DNA from: an uncultured Planctomycetota bacterium | Lineage (GTDB): Bacteria > Planctomycetota > Planctomycetia > Isosphaerales > Isosphaeraceae | Assembly (NCBI GenBank): GCA_963823665.1 | Contig: CAWGMQ010000004.1 | Location: forward strand, 32,001 to 96,000 | Length of the DNA: 64,000 nt | Direction: 5' to 3' | Part shown: positions 21,401 to 31,080 of the stretch, one piece after another | Position numbering within the stretch: the first letter of the stretch is position 1 | How the letters are laid out: each line of letters begins with the position of its first letter | Position numbers and translations under genes: made by a program | The notes under the pieces: model-generated | The model's input: the letters and a program-made list of their open reading frames with translations, nothing else | Databases searched by the model: none | Told to the model about the DNA's origin: nothing

Positions 21401-22236
21401 AGCCCGAAGTCGGCGATCTTCGGCGATCCGTCCGGCTCGAGCAGGATGTTTGCCGGCTTGAGGTCGCGGTGAATGAGGCCCTTGCGATGCGCAACGGCGA
21501 TCGCTCGGGCCAGGGCCTCGACCAGTTTCGCAGCCGCGGCAGGTATCCACGGCGTCCCGTCGAGCTTGCGATCCAGGCTGCCGCCCGACACATACTCCAG
21601 TTCGAGAAACGGTAATCCACCCGCTTCCCCGACGTGGTAGACCTGAACAATTCCCGGGTGCTGCAACCGCGCGACCGCCTCGGCCTCGGCGCGGAACCTT
21701 GCCGCCGCGACCGAGCCGGCGTGCGGCCCGGCCAGGATCATCTTCAGCGCGCAACGGCGGTTCAACGCGATCTTGCACGCCAGGTAGACCACGCCCATCC
21801 CGCCGCGGCCCAGCTCGCCGCGCACCTCGTAGCCGGCCAATCGCAGCGCATCGAGTGCGGCGGACGAAATCTCCGCGCATGGCAACACCGCGCCCGATTC
21901 CGAATCCTCGATCGTCGAGCGGCCGAGTCCGAAGCTCGCCAGGACGGCATCGGCCTGCTCGAGAAACTCGGGAAACCGCTCGGTGTAGGCCGCGGGAGCC
22001 GGAGTCGAGCCGTTCGTCAAGAGAAACTCAACCTCGACGGTCAGCAGACCTCGAAAAAGCTGCGCTCGCATGGGCGCGGGCGCACCGTCGAGAAACGACG
22101 CAATGTCAGGCCGCTCCCCCGCGCGCCACGCCTTCTCAAACCCGTCGCAGATGCGGTCGACAACCTGCAAGTCGGCCCGCGGCAGATTGTTGTCGGCGGC
22201 ATCGGCACCCGAGAACCATTCGCCCAAACTCCCCAA
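18454..22236 (-). CDS. Ser/Thr protein kinase with TM segment and WD40 repeats
   Basis: GRGGMGVVY, ALKMI, HRDLKPAN, DFGLAK, APEQ and DVYALG motifs, then a TM helix and more than 10 WD40 repeats. Confidence 0.95.
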   Translation of the reverse strand: MGSLGEWFSGADAADNNLPRADLQVVDRICDGFEKAWRAGERPDIASFLDGAPAPMRAQLFRGLLTVEVEFLLTNGSTPAPAAYTERFPEFLEQADAVLASFGLGRSTIEDSESGAVLPCAEISSAALDALRLAGYEVRGELGRGGMGVVYLACKIALNRRCALKMILAGPHAGSVAAARFRAEAEAVARLQHPGIVQVYHVGEAGGLPFLELEYVSGGSLDRKLDGTPWIPAAAAKLVEALARAIAVAHRKGLIHRDLKPANILLEPDGSPKIADFGLAKNLEREAGLTRTQAILGSPSFMAPEQAEGLSDQVGAATDVYALGAILYVLLAGRPPFKAATALETMSQVKSAEPVPPSRFQPGVPRDIETICLKCMEKSSGRRYATAVALGEDLHRFLSGEPILARPARVWERAFKWARRRPMVAALLATVVLVTALGVGLVAWQWRRAESKAVAATTARQYAEEEGRRAEEALSKVERLSAGIALDQGAMLCETGETARGLLWLTRSLEMAVRAGDTGLEQVARRNLTAWQAHLVRPRAAFAHKSWAWVVALSPDGRTALTGGKDRMAQRWDAATGKPLGEPLVHAYYVWDVAFSPDGRRILTGSGDDEKSAGEARLWDAATGAALLPPLPHRAEVTDVSFSPDGQTFLTVSGAEARLFRTADGKFKGVVLRHPPPERFNARASPKLSAEFSPDGRLIATGAADGTARLWDAATGEPRTDVLAAPGPVLALAFSPDGRTFATGCLDGGARMWEVPTGRRRDPDLLCGGRVKAVAFSPDGAIVATAGVVEDVDRQTGDRRIRGGEVRLWSAATGTPLGDALLHPGPVWSLAFGPGGRILLTGCEDTRARFFVVATGTRIGLPLVHEGNVRSVAFSRDGATALTGSAGGDGYAAARLWGIARERSFAQWLFQTGGELTALALSPDGETALTGADDRTARLWDLSTRRLLEPVMSHDDRVTVSAISHDGQMYLTGDNGGLVRLWDRADRRRPRHELRCVGWISSAALSPDDRTALIGVGYVPGVERSGSKALVWDTITGKVVGDPLPHVSGAHCAAFSPDGQTFVTSDNDGARLWASATRRPLGEPVRGPQVAPAGFFPDGKSILLLIDGFAHVWNISTGQVTGPPPFHPEGGIRHVALSPDGRSILISGPDRVARLWDVATGKAIGASVILDGANQVATSADGRTLAVSGLGGRFVVWNVPEPIPGTVETIRLWAESLAGLELDSQGVVNALGPEALRRRGQQLEEQGGPPPIAGSGNAPK

Positions 22237-22347
22237 GCTGTCGCGACCCGATTCTCACTATGCCAGGAATCACCGGGAACGTCTATCGGTTAGAATGAGC
22301 TCGAGATTCCCGAACCGACCTTCGACCCAGGATGCGGGATGCCCGGC

Positions 22348-24421
22348 ATGATACGCGCGACCAGGTGGCTTACAATCCTTTCCACACTGCCTTGTCTGAT
22401 CTCGGCGACTAGGGCGCGCGGACAGGAACCAGACCGGACAGCCTCCGCACCAGCCCGGATCGTCTGGCCGGGCCAAGAGTGGCAAACCGCCGACTCCCGA
22501 AAGCCAGGGATTCTCCGGCGCGGCACTCGATGCCGCCGCGGCATTTGCAGCGAAGTACGGTGGTGGCAGCGGCTGCATCATCCGCCACGGCTACCTCGTG
22601 AAGGAGTGGGGAGATCCAGCAAAGCTGGCCGACATCAAATCGGCGACCAAGGGGGCCGTGGGAACGACCATTCTGGGGTTGGCTGTGAAAGCCGGCCTGG
22701 TCACGCTCGACGACCTGGCCGTGAAGCACTATCCAGCAATCGGCGTCACTGGCCGTTGAGAATCCCCAAAAGACCGGCTCGCCGAGATCACGATCCGCCA
22801 TCTCGCCACGATGACCGCGGGCTTCGACGACGGCCGGCCGCCCAAGCTGGTGTACCCGCCCGGCACGGATGGCATTTATTCGAACGACTGCGCCAACATG
22901 CTGGCCGAGCTGCTCACACTCCGATTCGGCGAAGACCTGGCCGCAGTGCTCAAGCGCGAAGTGATGGACCCTATCGGCGTGCCGCCCGCGGAGTGGAAGT
23001 GGCGCGACAACGTGTACCGGCCAAAACGATCAACGTCCTGCGGAGCCGCGAGTTCGCTTCCGGCATCACGATCACACACCGGGCTCTGGCGCGAATCGGA
23101 TACCTCTACTTACGCGAAGGAGATTGGAACGGCCGGCGCATCCTTTCCCGGGAGTTCATTCGAACGGCAACCCGGCCGACCGACCTGCCCAGCTTCGTGC
23201 CCTATTACGCGTTCTACTGGGGCAGCAACGGCCGGGGCACGTTCCGCGAGTATGCCGACCGACACCTACTGGGCGCTCGGCCTGGGCGATAGCTTCGTCC
23301 TGGTCTGCCCCAGCCTGGACCTTGTCGCCGTGCGGCTGGGCGTCGGATCGGTGAAATCACAGCTTCCCGGGGGCGACCGACCCGACGAATGGGGCAACCG
23401 CGTCGAGGCGTTTTTCCGCCTTGTCGCAGCAGGCAGCGAGCGCGTCTCGCCCAGTTGAGCCGCGACTGGCCCCGTATCCGCCGAGCCCAGTGATCAAGAG
23501 CGTGACGTGGGCGCCCGAGGCGAGCATCGTCCGCAAGGCAAAAGGGAGCGACAACTGGCCGATCACTTGGGCCGACGACGGAAATCTCTACACCGCGTAC
23601 GGCGACGGCAACGGCTTCGAGCCGGGCATCGCCGAGAAGCTGAGTCTGGGATTCGCCCGGGTTGAGGGTGGCCCGGAGAACTTCAGCCGGCGTCAACATC
23701 CGAGCCGCCAGCGGCGAGCAGACGGGGGACGGCAAGGCCGGCAAGAAGGCAAGCGGATTGCTCATGATCGACGGCATCCTCTATATGTGGGCGCGCAACG
23801 TCGCCAACTCGCAGCTCGCATGGTCGCCTGATCACGGACGAACATGGGAATGGAGCGACTGGACTTTCACGACGAGCTTCGGCTGCCCGACGTTCCTGAA
23901 CTTCGGCAAAGACTACGACGGAGCCCGGGACGATTACGTCTACGTTTACTCGCACGACAGCAGCGACGCGTATGTGCCTGCTGACGGGATGGTGCTCGCG
24001 CGAGTCAGAAAGGAGCGGATCAGGGATCGGAGCTCGTACGAGTTCTTCGCAGGGCGCGACGCGAAGAACCAGACTGTGTGGACGCCCGACATCGCCCGCC
24101 GCGGCATGGTCTTTCGCCATGCCGGCGCGTGCTACCGATCGGGCATCAGCTTACGACGCTGGCCTGAAGCGATACCTGTGGTGCCAGGTGCTGCCAGGTG
24201 AGGACCCGCGGTTCCGCGGCGGCTTCGGAATCTACGACGCGCCCGCGCCCTGGGGCCCGTGGACAACCGCGTTCTTCGCAGAAACCTGGGACGTCGGCCC
24301 GGGGGAGTCCAGTTCGTTTCCGACGAAGTGGATGAGCGCGGACGGCAAGACGATCTACCTGGTGTTCTCCGGGGAAGACAGTTTTTCGGTGCGCAGGGCC
24401 ATTATCGAAGTTCAAAGATAA
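22348..24421 (+). CDS. Exported serine hydrolase (beta-lactamase/AmpC-like) fused to a DUF4185-like beta-propeller domain; several frameshifts
   Basis: Signal peptide, SxxK ('IKSATK', ~22640), 'TIRHLATMTAG', 'YSN' and 'ARIGYLYL'. Then 'APYPPSPVI...GSDNWPITWADDG..YTAYGDG' and 'YDAPAPWGPWT', spread across ORFs 22339-24421. Confidence 0.75.
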
Positions 24422-24577
24422 GCTCATGCAATGGCGCAAATCGGCGTGACCACGGTCGTGAGACCGTGGTTCGGACGGGGAACCTCCAACCTCGCACGTA
24501 AGTGCGACCGCCGAAAAGGATCGGACTTAAGCCCGAGTCCGGCGGCGTAGAACCTGAGAAAAGGGCAGAAGTCTTGT

Positions 24578-27500
24578 TCAGTTATCGTCGATTTCGGGAT
24601 TCAATCGCTTGGCCTCCGCGAATTCAGCCTCGGCCTCATTTTCGTCGCCAATTTGTAACAACGCCGCTCCGAGCCCGAAGTGGGCCTCGGCGAAATCGGG
24701 CTTCAAGCGAATCGCCTCGCGGTACTCCCCGATAGACTCGTCGAACCTCTCCTCTAGCATGAAAGCACCACCCAGCATCAAATGGTGGAACGCCTTTTCA
24801 GGTTCAAGCCGAATCGCTTCGCGGAATTCGTCAACGGCCTCGTCGAGCTTTTCCTGACCCTCCAATGCCCTACCGAGGTTGGAGTGCGCTTGGGCGTCTT
24901 GCGGTTTGAGCCGGACGGCCTCGCGATACGCAGCGACCGCCTCATCAAACTTTTTCTGAAGCACGAGGACCAAGCCCACGCTGGAATGGTATAGGGCTTC
25001 GTTGGGTTCGAGTCGGATCGCTTCGCGGAAAGCGGCGACAGCCTCTTCGAGCTTGTTCTGGCCGCTTAGCGAGTTGCCGAGATTGAAGTGCGCCTGGGCG
25101 TGTCCCGGTTCGACCCGGGTCGCCTCGCGGAACGCAACGATCGCTTCATCGAGATTCCCGTTCAGCTTCAGCGCAAGGCCCAAGCTGACATGGTAAAATG
25201 CCTTGCCAGGCTCGAGCCGGACCGCCTCGCGGCAAGCAGTAATGACTTCGTCGAGCTTTTTCTGCTTCCCGAGAACGTGACCGAGAGATGAATGCAGATG
25301 GGCATCTCCCGGCTTGAGCCGGATGGCCTCGCGAAAGGCGGCGACCGCCTCATCAAGCTTTCCCTGACGCTCGAGCGCACTGCCCAGACAATACTGGCAG
25401 TATGAGTCGTCCGGCTTGAGTCGCACCGCTTCGCGACACGCGGAAACGCCCTCGTCGACTTTTTCCAGGCGAAGTAATGCGTTACCGAGCGAGACGTGCA
25501 CCCGGGCGTCGTCCGGTTTGACCTCGACAGCCTCGCGGTAGGCCACAAGCGCCTCGTCGGGCTTACCGGCTTTTTCCAGCGTGTAGCCGAGGTCGAGATG
25601 CAATTTCGGATCGTGGGGCGCGAGCTTGATCGCCTCACGATAAGCGGCCGCCGCCGCGTCATGCTTTCCCTGTGTCAACAACGTGCTGGCCAGGTAGGAG
25701 TGAGCCACGGCATGATCGGGTTTGAGCCGGATTGCCTCCCGGAGCGCGTTGCTCGCTGCGTCGACTTTGTCGCTTTGTGCGAGCGCATAGCCCAGGGCAA
25801 CGTGGGCCTCCGCGTCCAACGGGGCGATCTTGATGGCCTCACGCAGCGAAGCAGCCGCCTCGTCATACTTTTTTTGACGGCTCAGCGCGCGGCCCAAGTA
25901 CAAATGATTCTCGGCGGCCCGAGGATTGAGCGTGGTCGCCTCTCGATAGCTGGAAATCGCTTCGTCGAGCGCGCCGGAGATTTCAAGCACACGGGCAATT
26001 CCGAGCCGATGGTCTGCGTCGCCGGGTGCAAGGCGGATTGCCTCGCGATAAGCAGCAACAGCCTGGGCGTACTTTCCCTGGTCCTCGAGCGCGGAGCCCA
26101 GGCAAGCGTGGGCCTCGGCATTGCTGGGGAGGAGCCGGGTCGCCTCCCGGTAACGCGAGATTGCTTCATCCAGCTTCCCGGTTCTTTCCAACACAAAGCC
26201 CAGTTTGAGCTGGGCGACCACATTCCCGGGCGCGAGCCGAATCGCTTCGCGGAGCGGGCCGACGGCCTCCTCGTGCTTTTTCTGATGCAGTAGGGCGGTA
26301 CCGAGGTAACAGTGTGCTTCGACACTGCCGGGTTGGAGCCGAATCATCTCGCGGTACCTTGAGATCGCCTCGTCCACCTTGCCAGTTTTCTCAAGCGCGT
26401 AGCCGAAGTTGAGCTCAGAGTCTGCCTGACCGGGCTTGAGCCGAATCGCCTCGCGCAGGGCAGTGATCGCCTGGTCGTACTTACCCTGATCCAGAAATGC
26501 GTGGCCGAGATACGAGTGAGCCTGGGCATCGCTGGGATTGATCCGGATCGCCTCGCGAAACGCCGAAATGGCTTCCTCCGGTTTCCCGGTTTGCTCCAAC
26601 GCATACCCGAGGTTGAGTTGGGCCTGCGCGTCGGTGGGCGCGAGTCGAATCGCCTCACGTAGCGCTGGGATGGCCTCATCGTGCTTTCCCTGTTCTACAA
26701 GTATGCGACCGAGATGCGAGTGAGCCTGGGCATCTCGGGGATTGATCCGGATCGCCTCACGAAAACTGGAGACGGCTTCCTCACGTTTCCCGATTTGTCC
26801 TAACGCAAATCCGAGGTTGACCAGGGATTGTGCGTCACCGGGCGCGAGCCGAATCGCTTCGCGTAACACGGGGATGGCCTCGTTATTCTTTCCGGTTCGC
26901 AATAACGTCCGTCCGAGGTCCGCGTACGCCTGGGCACTGGTGGGATTGATCCGGATCGCCTCGCGATATCTGGGGACGGCTTCCTCGGGCTTACCGGTCA
27001 TTGCGAAGGCGAAGGCGAGCAAGAGCTGGCAGTCCGCTTCATCGGGCTTGAGCCGAACCGCCTCGCGCAGGGCAGTGATGGCCTCGACGTGCTTTCCTTG
27101 TCGCGACAACGCACCTCCGAGATACTTGTGAGCCTGCGCGTCGCCGGGTTTCAGCCGGACCGCCTCGCGGTACGCCGCGATCGCCTCGTCAGGCTTGCCG
27201 GACATCTCGAGCGAATAGCCAAGGGTGAGCCGAGTTCCTGGGTCATCGGGTGCGAGACGCACCGCCTCGCGCAAAGGCGCGACGGCCTCGGCGTGCTTTC
27301 CCTGTTCCGAGAGCGCACCGCCGAGGTAGCCCTGAGACTCGGCGTCGCCCGGTCGAAGCCGGATAGCCTCGCGGTAGGCAGCGATCGCTTCGTCGACCCG
27401 CCCGGTTTGTTCGAATGCATAGCCCAAGGAAAGCTGATTGCCTGCAGTGCTAGGCTTGAGACGGATCGCCTCATCGAGCGCGTGCTTGGCGTCGGCAAGC

Positions 27501-28310
27501 TTCCCCTGCCGGTGGAGGGCAACTGCCAGGCTCGTGTGGGCCAGAATGCTCTGCGGCTGTAGCGCTACGGCCGCTGCATACGAGCGTGCGGCCGTCGCCG
27601 AGTCCGCCACCGTCGACCGCTCTAGCTGGTGGTCTCCTTGCTCCATGCAGACCCAGAAATCGCGCGGAAAGCGCCGTGAGGCAACCTGCATGACCGCGGC
27701 AGCCGCCACACGATCATCCACGTCGTAGAGCATGCGGCAAAGGAGCATGAGGCTGTTGGCAGGCTGCTTTTCGAGCTCCTGTGCATCGGCCGCCCGAGCC
27801 TTCAACACCGTCAGGGCATCCGCCGGCGCCCGATCCGCCTGATCACGCAGTGCGGTTCGCCAGGGGTCGGGATCCGCGGTGCGGGCCACCGCAGCCAGCC
27901 GTCGCCACGAGGGAAGTTTCAGAGTCTTGTGACGCATACGGACCCACATGTCGATCGCCGCGGCGATCTCGGGCGTCTCCGCGTGACCAGCGAGCCGCGC
28001 CCGGCGGTCTTGGGGTCGACCACGTCAAGATCGAGCCCGTAACTGCGAAAGGCCGCCGCCAGCTCGCGATCCAGTTGCGGCCGATCGAAGTGCTTGGCGC
28101 TGGAAGCATCCGCCGCCAAGAGATCGGCCAGCAGCTTCCGCTCAGCGTCGCCATCGCGCCGGCCTGCTTCCTGTTGAGCCTCGCCGGGCCGGGGGTTTTC
28201 CTGTTGCGGGCTGGCGCCGAAAGCGCGTTCAGGCGACCCCAGGCAACACGCAATCGCCAAGGCACCGCCTTTCGTCAACGCCATCGCGCCGAAGCGCGAG
28301 GGGCGACCAT
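24578..28310 (-). CDS. Very long TPR-repeat protein (~29 TPRs), probably exported; frameshifts near 27990 and 28290
   Basis: ORF 24578-27949 is a 34-aa periodic array '(A)H..LG.AL...GK.DEA.AAYREA.RL.P'. Upstream frames extend to an ATG at 28310 preceded by GAGGAGG and include a hydrophobic stretch. Confidence 0.88.
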
Positions 28311-28471
28311 GAAACGGCCTCCTCAACGCAAGCACAACAGAGCGGAACACTCGCCGGACCCCTGTACCCGTGACGTGAAAGCTGCCCAAGAGCAGCTTAG
28401 CAGGTTTCGCCGGCATCAACGAGAGAGCGCAGTACGAGACCCGCGTGGCAGCTGTCCAAACCTTCCGGGTC

Positions 28472-29371
28472 TCATGGCCCGCCGGCCCCCGCGGGGTGGA
28501 CGCGAACGCCGATGGCCTCGAGCGCGGGGCGAATTTCCGCGACGCGCTTCATGTCGCAGGCGTAAAACTCGGCGACTCGCAGGCTCGGGACCTGCAGCAA
28601 GGCGTCGAGCATCGACAGTTTGTTGCACGAGCACACCTCGAGCACAGCCAGACGCGGCAGACACGCGAGCGGATCCAGGCTGGTGAGCCGCGGGAATTCG
28701 CACACACGAAGGGCCTCGAGGCTCTTTAGCCGCTCGATCCCGTGAAGATTCTCGACGCTCCACGTACCGAACAGAGCCAGACACTTCAGTCTCATGTCCG
28801 CGATCGACTCGAAAATCGCGGTGTCATTGAACGTAACGAGACCCAGCGAGGTGACGGTCCGCAGTGCGGCAAGCCTGGCCAGCATGCGTTTCCTGCGGTC
28901 GAAATGGAGATGCAGGTAACGCAGGGCCGGGAACGTCGATGGATCAAACACCACAGGCCATGCCCCGCCCAGTTCTTCGATGATTGGAAATGACACTCGG
29001 TGCGCGAAGGTAACCGGATTCACCTTCGGGTTGAACTCGTCACTAATCCGCAGGCTCTTGAGGCCACCCGGGAGTAGCGTCGGGTGTAGCGTCGCCACGA
29101 TCTGAGGAGGGATGACGAGTGCGGAAAGCCGGGTGAGTCGCGGCAGGTAAGACGGAAGCCCGCGCCGTGCGCTGGTCGCCGCGGTGAACACGCGAAGTGT
29201 TTCAATCGCGCTCGGGTTGACCGACTTCGGCAAGCGTTCCCACGGGAGCAGTCGATTGCCGTGCAGCACAAAGGGATTGCTCGCCAGCTCCGCCGCATCA
29301 GCGACGTACCACCCCGTTTGCGGCCTCCATGTCGGACTCAAGCTGAAAAACGAGTCGATCATGGTCCCCAC
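28472..29371 (-). CDS. Leucine-rich-repeat protein
   Basis: LxxLxxLxL patterns: 'LPRLTRLSALVI', 'FPALRYLHL', 'LKSLEALRV', 'LPRLAVLEVCSCNKL', 'VPSLRVAEF'. Confidence 0.75.
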   Translation of the reverse strand: MGTMIDSFFSLSPTWRPQTGWYVADAAELASNPFVLHGNRLLPWERLPKSVNPSAIETLRVFTAATSARRGLPSYLPRLTRLSALVIPPQIVATLHPTLLPGGLKSLRISDEFNPKVNPVTFAHRVSFPIIEELGGAWPVVFDPSTFPALRYLHLHFDRRKRMLARLAALRTVTSLGLVTFNDTAIFESIADMRLKCLALFGTWSVENLHGIERLKSLEALRVCEFPRLTSLDPLACLPRLAVLEVCSCNKLSMLDALLQVPSLRVAEFYACDMKRVAEIRPALEAIGVRVHPAGAGGP

Positions 29372-29686
29372 AACGCAACATCACGGAAGGATGTCATCCA
29401 CAGCGATCTGGCCGCTTGCTCGGCCATCGATCACGACGGGAGCCTGAATATAACCCGCCAGCATCCCCACCGGATAGCTCCCATGGCACTGCGGTGGAGA
29501 GGCGATCGCCGCAGGGCAGAACCTTGTGAACTCCCCATGGTCGCGGCTATGCTCGGATCGGGAGGCGAGGCGACTCTCTGCCACGGGGAATTCACAGGCT
29601 AGCCGCGTGATGGAGAGGCTCGGAACGGGCTGATCAGTCCAATCCCCGTGATGCTCGTCACGAACTCCGGATTTGCGGAACTGACG

Positions 29687-31080
29687 ATGGCGATGACACT
29701 CGCGGATTACGACCAGCTCGCCTCGGGCACGACGCCCACGCCGAAGCTGCTCGCGCAGGTGACATGCCCGCATTGCTGGGAGTACTTCGCGCCCGAGGAC
29801 GTGCTCGTGGATCTCCGAGCACGTCGACCTGCTCGGCGATCCGCTCCTGGGCCCCGAGCGCCAGTCGCGGTTTCTGCCCAGCCGGTACACGATAGAAGGC
29901 GATGCGATCGACGCCAAGGGGATGACCTCGCGCAGCCTGGCTTGCCCGAAATGTCATCTCCCCATCCCCCGGGCCATGCTCGAGATGGAGTCGCTGTTCA
30001 TCTCGATTCTGGGAGCCCCCGCCAGCGGCAAGTCTTACTTTCTCACCGCGATGACCTGGCAGTTGCGCCAGATCTTGCCGCTCAATTTCAAGATCGCCTT
30101 CACCGACGCCGATCCGGAATCGAATCGCGCTCTTGAACGAATGCGAGGAAGGCGTTGTTCTTGAACCCAAACGAATCCGAAGTCGTGCCGCTGGCCGGCT
30201 TGATTCGCAAGACCGAGCTCCAGGGCGAGCTTTACGATACCGTCGCCTACGGCCAGCAGACGGTGACATATCCACGTCCTTTCTTGTTCACAACACAACC
30301 GCAGGACGGGCATTTCGGCGGCGACCCCACGCGGCTGGCGCGGATGCTCTGCCTCTACGACAACGCGGGCGAGCACTTCCAGCCCGGTCAAGACACCGCG
30401 ACTGCCCCGGTCACGCGGCACCTGGCGCGGTCGCGGGCGATTCTTTTCTTGTTCGACCCCACGCAAGATCCGCGGTTTCGCACCGTCTGCCGTAGCAGCG
30501 ATCCCGCCGGCGCAGCGCAGCGAGCAGCGCGGTTGAGCCGTCAAGAGACGATCCTCAACGAGGCGGCGGCAAGGATCCGGCGGCACGCGGGATTGTCGCA
30601 CGGCGCAAAGTACGACAAACCGCTGGTGCGTGGTCGTGACCAAGTTCGACGAGTGGTCTGCACCTGCTGGGCACGGGTGACGAAGGCGATCCGTGGAAAA
30701 CGCGAGGAAACGTCACCGGCCTCGACGGCGAGCGGATCGAGCAGGTATCCGCGCACACGCGAAATCCTTTTCAAGTACTGCGGCAGAGACCGTGACGGCT
30801 GCCGAGTCGTTCGCCAAGGAAGTTACGTACATCCCGGTCAGCTCGCTCGGCGGTCACGTCGAGCTCGATCTGCAATCCGGATTGCCTGGAATCCGGCCGA
30901 AGACGATCCGGCCGCACTGGGTGGTCGTTCCCATTCTCTACTGCGATCTCGCGAGTCTTGCCGGCGCTCGTTCCCCGGATGATTCGCCGCTCGAAGCGCG
31001 AGTGGAACGACGTCGTAGCCGGGTCGGATCGAGCGAGCAGGTTGCCTTCGCACGAGGTGCGTATCACGGGAGGCCGATCG
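29687..31080 (+). CDS. Zn-ribbon + TRAFAC-clade GTPase (double-GTPase/GAP1-system type); multiple frameshifts
   Basis: Stitched frames give CPHC...CPKC, G1 GAPASGKS, G3 YDNAGE, LFLFDPTQ, G4 TKFD and G5 PVSSLG. The 3' end is approximate. Confidence 0.82.

Noticed and set aside
24600..27500. Regularly spaced DNA repeats (e.g. GGATCGCCTCGCG) as a CRISPR array
   Set aside because: The 102-bp period and degeneracy are explained by TPR coding repeats, and no cas genes are present.
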